Notes: generated by a model not told the origin, from the letters alone. Shown: positions 27,370 to 41,620, counted from the stretch's first letter. The stretch: 64,000 bases of DNA from Octopus sinensis (GCF_006345805.1 NC_043002.1:26536001-26600000), one strand, 5' to 3'. Numbers and translations: made by a program.

Positions 27370-28700
27370 AGGCTACAGTACAAAGTTAACTTCCATCTTC
27401 GAAAAGCTTTATCTTAAATCATCTTCTGGCTATGATGTATTTCTTAAAGTGTATTTTATATTTGGTAAAGTTAAAAACCTCGATTCATACAAATATATGG
27501 TGGCAAAAGGAAGAAAAATCTCCATTGATTTATTGCCAACAACCGGTTTTCTTTCTCAACAGTCAATCAGAAATCACTGATAGATTAGATATTTCTATAT
27601 TTGTATTTTGGACTTCTGTAAACTTTTCTTGAAATTTATTAATGTTGACAAAAAAATCATCATACAAATCGATAATGGCAGTACTAAATAGAATTCACAC
27701 CAAATAGTATTTCTCAGCATCTTCTGTCCGAATGTAATGATTAAATTCTGTTATCAATTTTGCTAGATGGCTCATGATGATATTCTGTATGTCATTAAAA
27801 TTATTTCGGTAATCTTCTTCCAGTTGATTGAATGCTGGAAAAGATGCAGTTTTTCCTTACTCTACTTTCGTTTTCCACTATTTAAGCTATCCTTTAAACG
27901 CATTTATTTTCTCTATTAAACCAATGATTGTTTGATCACAGCGTTGTAGAGTGATATTTAACTCATTCAATTCAGACGAAATATCGAAACGATAAGGTAA
28001 TTGAAGCATCCACTTAGAATCTGAAAATCTCGAAACTAACGATTGATTTTTATTTATTTTTTTTTAGATAAAAGCATTTCTACTTCACTTCGTTGTGACA
28101 TAATTCGTTGCAGAACTATTCTGCCAGAAAATTATTTGATATCCGAGTAAAATGGTAAATGTTCATATTCAGATCCGATTGATGAACGAAAAATCACTGA
28201 AGTGAAGAATCTATTAAAGAATTTTGGCTCTACATAAACTTAGAGATAGAAACGTTATCATTCACCATTAAGCCCAAATTCGGTTATATAATCATTGGAG
28301 CAAAAGTTTCTATATATAAAAACAACGTGGAAACATTTTTGATATGAAGATTAATCTCTTTTATTTATCGATGTCAACGTTGAAGCATAAGTGGAAATAA
28401 CTCGGGCAAACTAAATACGATCATGTATTTTTGTTGACACACCGATTTGTGTTCCCTATGTAACACAGTTGCTATGACGCTGAATTAAACTTTCAATGAG
28501 AACGTAACACATTTTCTTTTAATGATTTTGTTTTGGCAGATATTGTTAAGATACAGCATCGGTTATTAGATAGACGTAAAGCAATGTGTCAATTTACGCA
28601 AACTTCCAAATTTATGTATCAAGGCAATTAGCTGTTAATAACTGCGTGATCAATACGATTATATGGAGTACTGGTACATTACATTAAATGTAAAATCAGA
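27370..28700 (-). pseudogene. hAT (Charlie/Buster-like) transposase fossil
   Basis: Minus peptides GSEYEHLPFYSDIK*FSGRIVLQRI (cf. LL.HTEVRWLSRGKVL), FDISSELNELNITLQ...KINAFKG*LK*WKTKV...FP, SHLAKLITEFNHY, and FLPFATIYLYESRF...DDLR (hATC dimerisation domain); many stops; upstream limit uncertain. Confidence 0.72.
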
Positions 28701-29570
28701 AAAGATTTTCTAGTTGTCCTTCATATGTAAAGGTTATAATCTCGAGCTGCCAATCAAAATATATCTCGGTACAAATATAAGTTTAAGTCAAGGAGAAACC
28801 TCACAAATTCATATTAGTACTATTCTAAATCTATTAATTCCAAAAGTAAGCAAAAGCGCTAGAAGCGAAGAAAACGAGTTTTGCAAACAATTATATGCAC
28901 GTTATACTTTGAACCCTATACATTGAGTTTGTGGATCTCTAAATCTACTGAATCATTCTGATACTAAAATAGCGACACCGTTGTGTCTTTTCGCTACATA
29001 TACGAAGAAAAATAAAATGAATTTGCTTCCCTGTGGAAATTCGTTATTATATAGAATAAATCGAAATACATGCAAATAGAAAAGAAACTTCTTCACTAAA
29101 TTTTGCAGTTCCGCAATTAGAGCGGTATGGTATAGCGTCGGCTTTTAAAATTCGTAATAAATGGAGTGTTCGTTATCTGAAATTTCCAAATTCATGTGTC
29201 ATGGCTCTAAGCTATTAGCAAGGACGTTAGCAATAAACAATTTATGAGGTATTTCTACAATACATAAACAAATGGCATAACTAGATAGAGGATTTCATGC
29301 GCTACTTATAGATAGATAAAGGTATAGTCTCAAGACGAACATCAAATTACATTAATGCAAATATCATTTTATGTATGCGAGAAAGTACCCAGCAGTGAAA
29401 ATATTGCTGTTACAAAACGATGTACAAGTCACACACAGAAAACGGATAATATTCTCACACAATAACGAATGCACATCATACATATGTATGTATATATGCA
29501 TAAATATCTTTCTTTCTCTAACTCTCTCTCTCTGTCTCTCTCTGTATGTATGTATATATATATGTATATA

Positions 29571-29625
<55 letters not shown>

Positions 29626-29974
29626 GTTATATGTATGTGTGCATGTGCGTATGTATATGTATATATATATGTATATATATATCTAACACACGTTCACGCC
29701 CGCGCAGGCACACATAGGCACACACAAGCACACATATTGATTAAGCAAAACATACACGAAGACAGAGGGAGACATGATGGGATTATTTACAATTTTACAA
29801 TATTCATGTCTTTCTAATCATCAACGAGGAGGTCACTGTATGGAATTTAAAACAGTTAATGTGTTCTTAGAAAATAGTCAAAACCCGAATGTATATTTAA
29901 TGTCTTAATAGCCAACGTATACGCCGTAGTAATTTCACTGCCTATATATCTACCTAAATGGATATATGTATATA

Positions 29975-30120
29975 TAAATGGCTGTGTGGTAAGAAGCTTG
30001 CATCCCAAACACATGGTTCCGGATTCAGTGACACAGTGGGGAAATATCACCTACTATACCTTCGGGATGACCAAAGCCTTGTGAGTGGATTTGGTAGAAG
30101 GAAAGAGAACGAAGCTCACA
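29975..30120 (+). mobile_element. SINE family C, 5' part
   Basis: GTGGTAAGAAGCTTGCATCCCAAAC...ACCAAAGCCTTGTGAGTGGATTTGGTAG. Confidence 0.7.
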
Positions 30121-30129
30121 GTAAATATA

Positions 30130-30184
<55 letters not shown>

Positions 30185-30290
30185 TTATATATAGAGGGCA
30201 TAATTATACATACATGCCAGGAGGCATTATATTATACCTGACAATTTCTTGTTAAGTTTTCCTTATTAAGTAGTTGTCCTTAATTGCAAA

Positions 30291-30330
<40 letters not shown>

Positions 30331-30354
30331 ATATATATATATATGCATATATAT

Positions 30355-30398
<44 letters not shown>

Positions 30399-31346
30399 TA
30401 CACATCTACATTCTTGCATACACACATATGTTATATATGTATATACATATATACATGCATATATGTGTGTGTGTGTGTATTATTGCGATGTTAGCGTATC
30501 TGTGTGCGCATGTTTTCGTGCAAATATATATAAATATATATTTATATCTATAAACACGCGTGCATAATACATAAATGCATACTCACATTGACTTATGCGC
30601 ACGCACACGCACACTCACTCGCACGCGCGCGCACGCCCAAACACACATGCACGTACACACAAAGTAAGACACATATAATACTGACGTTGATTATTCTTTC
30701 TCATTTTTCTTTTCTTTCACGATTGCATTAATAATTCGGAAGAACAAAAAAAAATCTAGGTGTATCTTACACACTTGAGAATTTTGCTAACTGAACATGT
30801 ACCCGAGGGTACATGTGTTCTGAGTAATGACAGCGTATTCACATTAATTTCATGTGAAGGATTTCAGCTGGTGGAACAATCTGAATGCTTATAGTCAAGA
30901 ACCGAAGGAGAATTCATACAGGCACACACAAGCGTAGAAACTTTTATTGCAATATTGGTTCTGATTCTCTGGTCCCCCGAGTATTATTTATGTCGTGGTT
31001 AATTTTGCATTCCGTCCTTTCGGAGACGTTAAAAACTACGAAACTAGTGTGGGCGATATTTTGGACTAAGTGTATGAATATAGCACCGAATAGCTTACAG
31101 TATTTGTACAGGCTGTTGACATCCAGAGTTGAAATGATGGCATATGCGTAGATTTAATCCGTCACAGGTATAAACATTCCCATCTGGCAACCTAGATGCC
31201 TTTAGTAGTGTCCACTCTATGGTTAACATTCAGACCAGGTTTCCCTACCTTTAATAATCAATACTTCCTCTCTTTGCCACCAGTCTCAGAGACTCTACCA
31301 AAAATATTTACCTCGTAACTCGAAAATATATAAATACAAATTTAAT

Positions 31347-31572
<226 letters not shown>

Positions 31573-31609
31573 CCTGTTTCTATCTATATACCAGTACACA
31601 TATTATATA

Positions 31610-33292
31610 TATTGTCAACCCGTTGATAACGCGGTGTTTTCAATTGCATGAACTAAAAGTCGGAGGGGGACGGGATAAACCACTCGCATCAACTTGCTAT
31701 AAAAACAGCTATTAATGTTACCTTGCAATTACTCTTAGTGCAAGTTTTGAAGAGTGCAGTTCGATTTTAACAGTTATTTTTTCAAAGCTATAATGGAAGT
31801 AACAAAGGAGCATATTATGCTTGTTTTGGTTTATGAGTTCAATAAAGGCATCATCGCAACGGAAAATGTGTGGAATATTAATGCAGTATATGGGGATCAG
31901 ACAATTAACGTAAGTCAGTGTCATCGGTGGTTCCAGAAATTCTCAGCCGGAAACTACAGTCTAAAAGACGAGCCTCGTCCTGGAAGATTTGTAGAGCACG
32001 ACGAGAACGTCCTGCAAATCCTGATGGAACAAAATCCAATCGTAATTGTTGAGGAACTAGCAGAAAATCTTGGATTTCATCATTCAACTACTCACCAACA
32101 CTTGCGTACCATTGGAAAAGTTAGCAAATTGGGTCAGTGGGTTCCTCAAAAACTTTCCTATTCTAATCGCGCTCAGAGAGTGAACGTGTACTCATTTTGC
32201 TCTCATGTTTCACGAATGAATCTTTTGTGGACCGAATAGTGAGTGACGGGTGACGAGAAATGGGTTCGCCATAAAAATGTTATGCGCTGACGATAGTGGT
32301 CAGAGAAAGGAGAAACACCGGTACCCTAGGCGAAAGAAGGTCTTCACCCATCTAAGGTGTTGTTTTCTGTTTGGAGGCATATGAAAGAGTTAGTCGACTT
32401 TGAACGTTGAAACCCAAACGAAACAGTAGCTTGATCGGCTTAGGCTAGAAGAAAAACGACCATCTTCATTTTCAAGATGAAAGTAGTTCTTCCATCAGGA
32501 TAATGTTCGGCCAGATACAGCAAGGATGACATTCCAAAGGCTGGAGCAGATTGAATGGGAAACGATGCCGCACCCAACGTATTCGCCGGGCATTGCCCTA
32601 TCTGATTATCATTTAATACTCAGTCTTCAAAATCATTTAGACGGAAAATTTATGAATCCTTATTTCTTTATTGTCCACAAAGGGCTAAACATAGAGGGGA
32701 CAAGCAAGGACAGACGAAGGGACTAAGTCGATTACATCGACCCCAGTGCATAACTGGTACTAAATTTATCGACCTCGAATAGATGAAAGGCAAAGTCGAC
32801 CCCGGCGGAATTTGAACTCAGAACGTAACGGCAGACGAAATACCCATTTCTTTACTACCCACAAGGGGCTAAACACAGAGAGGACAAACAAGGACAGACA
32901 AACGGATTAAGTCGATTATATCGACTCCACTGCGTAACTGGTACTTAATTTATCGACCCCGAAAGGATGAAAGGCAAAGTCGACCTCGGTGGAATTTGAA
33001 CTCAGAACGTAACAGCAGACGAAATATCGCTAAGCATTTTTCTGACGTGCTAACGTTTCCGCCAGCTCGCCGCAAAATTTATGAATTCTGTAGACGAGGT
33101 CACTGGAGGATTATTTTTCGTCACGGACAGGTGGATTTTAGAAAGGAAACCTTACAAGTCAGGCAGATAGATGGAAGAGCATTGTAGAAAATGAGGGAGA
33201 GTATATTTTCGATTAAAAAATAACTTTTTTTATCTTAATTTTGAAAAATGAAACAGTATAATATAACCGCATTATTTATAGAATGACCCAGT
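31610..33292 (+). mobile_element. Mariner (DD34D) transposon, pseudogenised and interrupted by SINEs
   Basis: MEVTKEHIM...RWFQKF...DEPRPGR...WVPQKL (31793-32239), VTGDEKWV, HQDNVRP, YSPGIALSDY; right TIR TGACCCAG followed by TA; left TIR diverged. Confidence 0.88.
32658..33073 (-). mobile_element. Tandem dimer of SINE family A inside the mariner, with 13-bp TSD
   Basis: Full copy 32844-33073 plus 5'-truncated copy 32658-32843; AAAATTTATGAAT at 32645-32657 and 33074-33086. Confidence 0.88.
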
Positions 33293-34724
33293 ATACATGC
33301 GTGTGTGTGTGTGTGTGTATTTGGTTTTATGGATGTGTATACGGTTGTATGCATATATATATATGTGTGTGTGCGTGTGAGCATGTGTGTGTGTGTGGGC
33401 GTCTGTGAGAGTGTGCGTATGTGTGTGTGAGAGCGTGTGTGTATGTGTGTTTAATTGCGACGTAAGTAGTATTGGTACCTAATAGCATTCTGTATATCTT
33501 ACTTAATATGGATGCACTGCAAGAAAGATACAACAGTGTGATATTTATGTAGAGAAAGCGTCTCGTATAGAGATATAATGCGAACAGATCGAGATATATC
33601 AGTATCGAACTAAAAGCAATTCAGGCATCATATATTTTTTCGTTGGTGCAAATATTGGTTCTGCTTCGCTTTTTGATTAATTTTGGTAACTTTACTTCAT
33701 GACTTCGAAATACTTTTCCGGCATTTGGGTACTGATTTGGAAGATATAACTACCTATCAGGGCTTGGTTTGCGCATGTGATTAGTTGTGCCCGAGCACGT
33801 CCCATATTGTCAGTCTTGTTTTTATAGTTCCTCCAATGATTTATTCTATTCTCATTATTGTTACCCGATTGGTATTATTGTCATTTCTCGATTGTTTAAT
33901 TTACTATTTTATTTTATTTTTCTTACACGCTATCTCTGATAGATTCTTCTGGAGACTTTCCTTGATCTCTATGCATTAATCTCGATGCAATTTGTCTGTA
34001 CATTAATTGGCTACGTCTCTCTTGATCGACTCTGGTTTTTCATTCCTTTTGTTTCGTAGTAGTTGAAATATAGACGTTCGTGTGAAGATCAGGAAAATAT
34101 TTAAAAGTCCACCAATCTTAACTACCCATCTATCCTACTCTCATAACCACGATACACAATAAAATATAATCTATTACATCGGCTATTACACAATACAATA
34201 TAATCTATTACATTGTCTACATCAAAGATGTGACGAGTCAGTTTTACATTTGGCATCGGGCAATGAATTCTCGCTGCTCGTCTCTGAGACTGGGTAGACT
34301 GTTGCAGATAAATTATTCCCTTCAACTTTTCTTCTATTATTTCATCATTTGTTCTATTCAATATATTTTGTCCCCCGCCACTCTTCTGGCTCGACGATTC
34401 TAATTTCGACATCAATATTTCTCTGATAGAATAATGTCACTATTTACAATTTCTGCTTGTCCCATTAAACTTCCAGCCACTTCTGTGTTGTACACTTTGT
34501 ATTCCTACTTTAGACGTCCGTATGTTGTTGAACTTACCAGTCTAGCAACTTATCAAATATTGACTTACATATGGTTGCCTGATGATTTGGGGGGGGGAGG
34601 GGATATGCTATTGTAATATATTGTATGCACCGTCCAGCATGCACCTGAGTCTCTTGGTGAGATTCAAATTCGGAGACCCATATCTGTCTCTTCAATTTAT
34701 CTGGCAGAGTTAACTTCCATATTG

Positions 34725-35072
34725 TTCTGCACCAGAATGTTACGTGCAGTACTCAACATCTCTTGGAGAGATTACCCAACAAAACAACCGTTATGTGGGA
34801 ACGTGCCAACCTTCTCATCAGCTATCCAAGAGCGGTGATTGGGGTTTGCTGGCCACTACTGGAGAAGTAAAGAAGAACTTGTGAGTAAGGTATTGCTTCG
34901 GGCACCAAATCAGAGTAACACAGCGGTTGGAAGAGCAACGACGACGTATATACAACAACTTGCAGAAGATGTTGGATGACAAGTTGAAGACCTAAAATCA
35001 CAAAAGGAAGAGTGGGAGGGATTTAGAGAGGTAGTTAGGCTGGCCTGGGCAATCAGCCTGAGTGGATGATGC
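34725..35072 (+). mobile_element. RTE LINE 3' end
   Basis: CTRMLRAVLNISWRDYPT...LGFAGHYWRSKEELVSKVLL...VGRATTTYIQQLAED. Confidence 0.82.
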
Positions 35073-35414
35073 CTCGATTAAAAAACAACAGACTATTGTA
35101 TAATCTCATGGATGTTGCACCTCTTACATAACTCAATGTGCGATGTTGCATCACAATGCAATTTTTCAATAAAGGTTGCTGCGAGATCATATAATCCATT
35201 CGTCTGTTTCCTTTTTTTTTTAATTACGCCACGCGGAATGCTCCTTTCCGTCCTGAATACTCTTGGAATTGCGGATTATCTAACACCAGGGAATTTACTT
35301 TCATTGATGGACATTTCATTAAGGAAATTAATGTTTATCGGTTGATTTATCTCATACTCTCTAGCCATCATCCGCGCTATGCTTCCTTTTAACATGGTTC
35401 GATCTTTAATTACC

Positions 35415-35990
35415 ATACCTACCTATCTACCATACCTACCTACCTACCTACCTACCTACCTACCTACCTACCTACCTACCTACCTACCTACCTACCTACC
35501 GTCCTACCTACCTACCTACCTATCTACCTACCTACCTTTCTACCTACCTACCTACCTACCTTACTACCCACCTATCTACCTACCTACCTTAATTCTTTAT
35601 TGCCCGCAAGGGGCTAAACATAGCGGGGACAAACAAGGACAGACAAACGGATTACGTCGATTACATCGACATCAGTGCGTAACTGGTACTTAATTTATCG
35701 ACCCCGAAAGGATGAAAGGCAAAGTTGACCTCGGCGGAATTTTAACTCAGAACGTAACGGCAGACGAAATACCACTGAGCACTTCGCTCGGCGTGCTAAT
35801 GTTTCTGCCAGCTCGTTGCATTGAGCTACCTACCTACCTACCTACCTACCTACCTACCTACCTACCTACCTACCTACCTACCTACCTACCTACCTATCTA
35901 CCTACCGACCTACCTACCTACCTACCTACCTACCTACCTACCTACCTACCTACCTACATACATACATATATACATACATGCATACCTACC
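35415..35990. repeat. (CTAC)n microsatellite split by a SINE
   Basis: Direct reading; source of the PTYL ORFs. Confidence 0.95.
35589..35820 (-). mobile_element. SINE family A, full length
   Basis: Closely matches 32844-33073. Confidence 0.88.
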
Positions 35991-37624
35991 AACCTACCTC
36001 TCTCATCCTCTATCTATCTATCTATCTCTATCGATACCTGTATGTATCAGTATATGTTTACCTGCGTGAGCACGCACATTTGTGTGCATAAAGCGTTACA
36101 AAATCCCATGCCGTTATTGATCTGTTACTCTCACTGTGACTATACTCATCGCATATGAATTTTCTCAACAAAAATTAGCCCTGAGACAAATCTGCCTTCA
36201 CCACATCAAAACTCTATCATCAATTCCAGTTCATAAACAAAATATCTATTCCTGTAAATCTTGTAACATCCATCCTTCCTAAGCGAGATGAATATAACCA
36301 ATCAAAAGATATTCACCAAATAAATATGGAATTGATTACTATTACAAACAATAACTATTCTGTATAGTTTGGAGAGGCAAACATTTCACTCTATAGTAAT
36401 GCTATGAGTGCTCTGTTTGAATAAAAACTTTTATCAATTACACCAAATAACTTTTCTCCTGATTGTCTTTACTAACCAGCTGTGTATAAACACATGTACA
36501 CACGCATATATCAGATATCATATATGTACAGTATAGTATAGTGCACATATGTGTGTTTATATATGTGTCTATGCGTGTGTCTGTACACTTGCATATGTAT
36601 ATGTTAGTGTGTGTGTGTGCGTGTGTGTGTATGACATACATATGTATGTATATGTATAATACTGGAACGTAGATCATTCATAGATACCTTCTTTTTGTAG
36701 GCAGTATGGTGTGATTTGCGGTATTATGCGTTTGAATCTATTTCTTTCTCGCCGGATTTGATTTTATGTTTACAGTGTACGGTTCAGTAAATAAAATATA
36801 TTCGATATGAAACATGATCTATCGATTTGTCAATAAGCATTCCAAGTAAATTTTCCTGTCCATATTAAGAAAACCCCATCGGAGAAAATGTACAGCGATT
36901 GAAGAAAATTTTGTTTTCTGTTTCGTCTCGTATTTTATTGTTGAATGTGTAGCGAACTTGACCTTCTTGTAAAAGCTTCGATATTGCTGAAAGAAAAGGA
37001 GAAACCAGAAAATGACAACAACAAAGACTGACAGATACATTTCCCGAAAGGTTTTTATAAATAGTAAAATAACACCATAAGATCTCTTGTGGACTCATGC
37101 ATATTACATGTTTCTCTAAATCATAAAAAAAAAGAATAGTAAACAAAATGAAAGCGATATAATTGACATAAGCGTCGTTTCACAAACATCTGTGTAAACG
37201 TTATTCTTTAGGGAATTATCATAGAAGATACAACAGATATAAAGATGGATTATATTTATCTAATAAAACATTGTCGTTTGAAATGAATCAAATGTCAAAA
37301 CAACAATCAAACGGCTTTCAAAAGCTCTCAAGTGATGTGAAGGAAAGAATAAAAAATTGTGTTAATACTTTCGTGATGATTCCATTGATTGGTACAAAAT
37401 ATAGAGCGCTACAACAGAAAACGTTGGTTCCTGCAGTTCATAGCCCCCCCTCATATAAACATACATTCACACATACATACATATATTGCGTATATATTTG
37501 TGCATATGTGTTTCAAATGATGCACACTGATCTATTTATGTCAATTGTTCAAAGAACAAGAAGTCACTGTTTTAAAGACGTTCTCTCACACACACACGCA
37601 CAAAAATACTTATAGGTGCAGACA

Positions 37625-37752
37625 TGATGGACTGGGTAAAAAGTCCGACTTCCAGCCACGCAGATTCCGGTCCTGTCCCATCTACTATAGCCTCAGGTCA
37701 CCAAAGACTTGTGTATGAGTTTCATAGATACAAACTCTAAGAAACTCATCGT
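37625..37752 (+). mobile_element. SINE family C, decayed fragment
   Basis: TCTACTATAGCCTCAGGTCACCAAAGACTTGTG resembles 30050-30090. Confidence 0.5.
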
Positions 37753-37765
37753 GTATGCATGTATG

Positions 37766-37897
<132 letters not shown>

Positions 37898-38257
37898 GTA
37901 TATATTTACATACATACATACACACAAATGTATATATGCACACATACACATTTATATATATTGTTATATTTCAGGTCAATTTGTATTTTATTTTAACAAA
38001 TAAACACACGCACTATGCGTTCTTTACTCGTTTATTACTGTTGTCATTTATTTGTCTGGAAATCTTTCGTCACACATCTGCAGTGACCTTTTCCGTCAAC
38101 ACGTAGATGGAAAGGGTCGCTGAAGAGTTGACAAAAAACGAAGCAAATTGACAATCCTGAAATATAACATTATGTGTTTCAAAACACGGTTTCACATCAG
38201 GAATCTTACAACACAAATTCATAAAAGTATATAATATATACATGTATATGCGTGTGT

Positions 38258-38321
<64 letters not shown>

Positions 38322-38778
38322 TTTCTATTCTGTATGTATGCAGGTTTATATTCTTGGGGATAACAGGTCAAAAGACTTATAATAAAGAATTCGAACGTGT
38401 CAGAGTGTCTGAACATTCTTAATGTATAACTATGAAACCGGGAATATATTTCATAGGAATAAGAGTTATATGTGTGTACACACACATACACACACACACA
38501 CCACCATACCACACACATACACACATTCATGTTTATGTATATAATAATACGTGCTTGAAAACGTTAAGAACTGAAAGCGCTTGCACATCTATAAAAGCAA
38601 AGCCCACTCACATTTTGTGACATCGCTTCCCAAAAATTAGTGTCTTTCGGCATTCACAAAAGGTTCTTTTCTCAATCTTAACTCTTTCATTTAAAAAAAT
38701 CATCTCTCACTTTTGATAACTCTTTCAAGGACTTTTCAAAATACTCTCTCTCTCTCTCTATGTATACGTATATATATA

Positions 38779-38824
<46 letters not shown>

Positions 38825-38854
38825 GCGAGAAAGAAGCAACAAGAATGGATAGGT

Positions 38855-38945
38855 TTTTAGTACGATCGTTTCATACAAGGACAGGTTTTATTAAAAGTTG
38901 CAAAGATTACAGCATATAAACGAGTCCCGTACTCATCAGCTAAAA
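38855..38945 (-). ncRNA. Type I hammerhead ribozyme, left-arm copy
   Basis: Reverse complement of 41530-41620. Confidence 0.88.
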
Positions 38946-39836
38946 TACATGTGAGTTCTCTAGACATCCTAGTGTTTGAGGCTATACTCATGAAGTAATG
39001 TAGATAATTAAGTAACATAAACAGATTTCTAAAGTTCATTAAAGTTCTTTAAAGATGATGTACAGTCTTATCACAGAATTTTAAAAAAGTTTTGATAGCA
39101 TCACAGAGAAGGTGACCTAATCCATATGAATTTCCATAGATATGATGAGGGATTATATACTCACAGAAGACAAATTTATCCATTGTTAATTACAACGAGG
39201 TGGGTCTCAATTCCTGCTTATTAGCATTACAGAGAGGGTGAATTAATCCTTTGTATAGATGCACAAATTCCAATGGTGTAGATGTAAATTTCCAGAGAAA
39301 TGGAGATGAATTTCATATTCACAGGCGATAAATTTTTCAATGGTTGAACACAATGAGGTATGTATCAATCCTTGTTATATGATTAGGTATTTGCCACATT
39401 AATCACATTACTGCTATTCACAAGAGGCTGTAGCTATTTAACTCTTAAAGGCTGAAGGGCTTTCTAGAGCGGCCAAGAATAGAGAAGGGAATAGAAGAAA
39501 AGAGAGAAAATAATGGAGGAGGGAGCAAAAAGGGGGGGGGGAAAGGGGGACTAAAAGAGAAGAGAAAAGGAAACAGAGAATAAGAAGAAGAAAAAGAAAA
39601 AAGAGAAAAGAGAAAGAAATAGGGAAAGAAGGGAAAAAAAGAAAAAGAAAAAAAGAGGGTTCTAGTTATACAGAAGAGTTAGTAGACTGCAAGTCTGGTT
39701 TTAATCAACAGGCATCTAGGAACTAGAGGAGAATATTATTCTTTGACCAGTAAACCGTTAATTTATTGCTGTTGAAATCAGCTATGAGTTTAAAGAGAAT
39801 CTAAAGAGATAACACAGTCAGGGGTTAAGGGGTCAG

Positions 39837-40316
39837 ATGCTAAAATCACCAGAAAATACATTAGGAAAATCTAAGTATAATCTTATCAAAAAGTCATTAA
39901 AAATTCCTGTGTGTAAGTGTAGAATAAAATCAAAATGCCCGGCACCTGGTCTATGTAGGGAAAATAATGTAATCTATAAATGTACCATATCCACGGAGAA
40001 TAACAAATATTTTTACATTGGCTGTACAATTAATTTTTTAGCCAGAGTTAGAAATCACATCTCGACTTTTAAATTACGTCATAAAGCTGGTACCACCACA
40101 CTTTCAAACAAAATCTGGGAACTCAAAAATAATAATAAAAATTATACCCTTAATTGGGAAATAGTTAGGAGAGCAATTCCGTATAAAAATAGTAGGGTTG
40201 GTTGTCAACTATGCTCCATGGAGACGTACGAAATTCTAAAGCATAGTAAACATAGAAACTTATTGAATAACCATATCGAACTAGGTCAAGTTTTAAATCT
40301 TAATTGTAATATTTAA
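39837..40316 (+). CDS. GIY-YIG endonuclease of Neptune-type Penelope-like elements, stand-alone 159-aa ORF
   Basis: CKCRIKSKCPAPGLC Zn motif, NVIYKC...FYIGCT (GIY/YIG), ARVRNH, LSNKIWELK, LNWEIV, CQLCSME, LLNN; no internal stop; in-frame TAA 9 codons upstream of the ATG. Confidence 0.88.
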   Translation: MLKSPENTLGKSKYNLIKKSLKIPVCKCRIKSKCPAPGLCRENNVIYKCTISTENNKYFYIGCTINFLARVRNHISTFKLRHKAGTTTLSNKIWELKNNNKNYTLNWEIVRRAIPYKNSRVGCQLCSMETYEILKHSKHRNLLNNHIELGQVLNLNCNI

Positions 40317-41529
40317 TTTTAATTCCTAACTTAATCTAATTTAAGTAGCATAACTCTAATAAATTATAATGAGTTACTGTAGCCCCATAATTCTATTTCA
40401 AAATTAAATAAATAAGGCTATTCCCTCGGTGATAATATGATTATCTTCATTATGATAGACAATCCCCTAACACCTTGTAAATGATCTTATAAGATTTGAC
40501 CTGTAGTCAGTCAATGTATGAATAATAACGACAACTCCTTAAGACAATAAAATGAATGAATTAAATAAGTAAATTTTAATGACTTTTTGATAAGATTATA
40601 CTTAGATTTTCCTAATGTATTTTCTGGTGATTTTAGCATCTGACCCCTTAACCCCTGACTGTGTTATCTCTTTAGATTCTCTTTAAACTCATAGCTGATT
40701 TCAACAGCAATAAATTAACGGTTTACTGGTCAAAGAATAATATTCTCCTCTAGTTCCTAGATGCCTGTTGATTAAAACCAGACTTGCAGTCTACTAACTC
40801 TTCTGTATAACTAGAACCCTCTTTTTTTCTTTTTCTTTTTTTCCCTTCTTTCCCTATTTCTTTCTCTTTTCTCTTTATTCTTTTTCTTCTTCTTATTCTC
40901 TGTTTCCTTTTCTCTTCTCTTTTAGTCCCCCTTTCCCCCCCCCTTTTTGCTCCCTCCTCCATTATTTTCTCTCTTTTCTTCTATTCCCTTCTCTATTCTT
41001 GGCCGCTCTAGAAAGCCCTTCAGCCTTTAAGAGTTAAATAGCTACAGCCTCTTGTGAATAGCAGTAATGTGATTAATGTGGCAAATACCTAATCATATAA
41101 CAAGGATTGATACCTACCTCATTGTGTTCAACCATTGAAAAATTTATCGCCTGTGAATATGAAATTCATCTCCATTTCTCTGGAAATTTACATCTACACC
41201 ATTGGAATTTGTGCATCTATACAAAGGATTAATTCACCCTCTCTATAATGCTAATAAGCAGGAATTGAGACCCACCTCGTTGTAATTAACAATGGATAAA
41301 TTTGTCTTCTGTGAGTATATAATCCCTCATCATATCTATGGAAATTCATATGGATTAGGTCACCTTCTCTGTGATGCTATCAAAACTTTTTTTAAATTCT
41401 GTGATAAGACTGTACATCATCTTTAAAGAACTTTAATGAACTTTAGAAATCTGTTTATGTTACTTAATTATCTACATTACTTCATGAGTATAGCCTCAAA
41501 CACTAGGATGTCTAGAGAACTCACATGTA

Positions 41530-41620
41530 TTTTAGCTGATGAGTACGGGACTCGTTTATATGCTGTAATCTTTGCAACTTTTAATAAAACCTGTCCTTGT
41601 ATGAAACGATCGTACTAAAA
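41530..41620 (+). ncRNA. Type I hammerhead ribozyme, right-arm copy
   Basis: UUUUAG-CUGAUGA-GUAC GGGAC...GUCCU U GUAU-GAA-ACGAUCGU-A-CUAAAA: 6-bp stem I, long stem II, palindromic stem III, GUA site after 41614. Confidence 0.88.

Noticed and set aside
34122-34415. 97-aa complex ORF on the minus strand
   Set aside because: No recognisable domain or splice context; this length is expected by chance.
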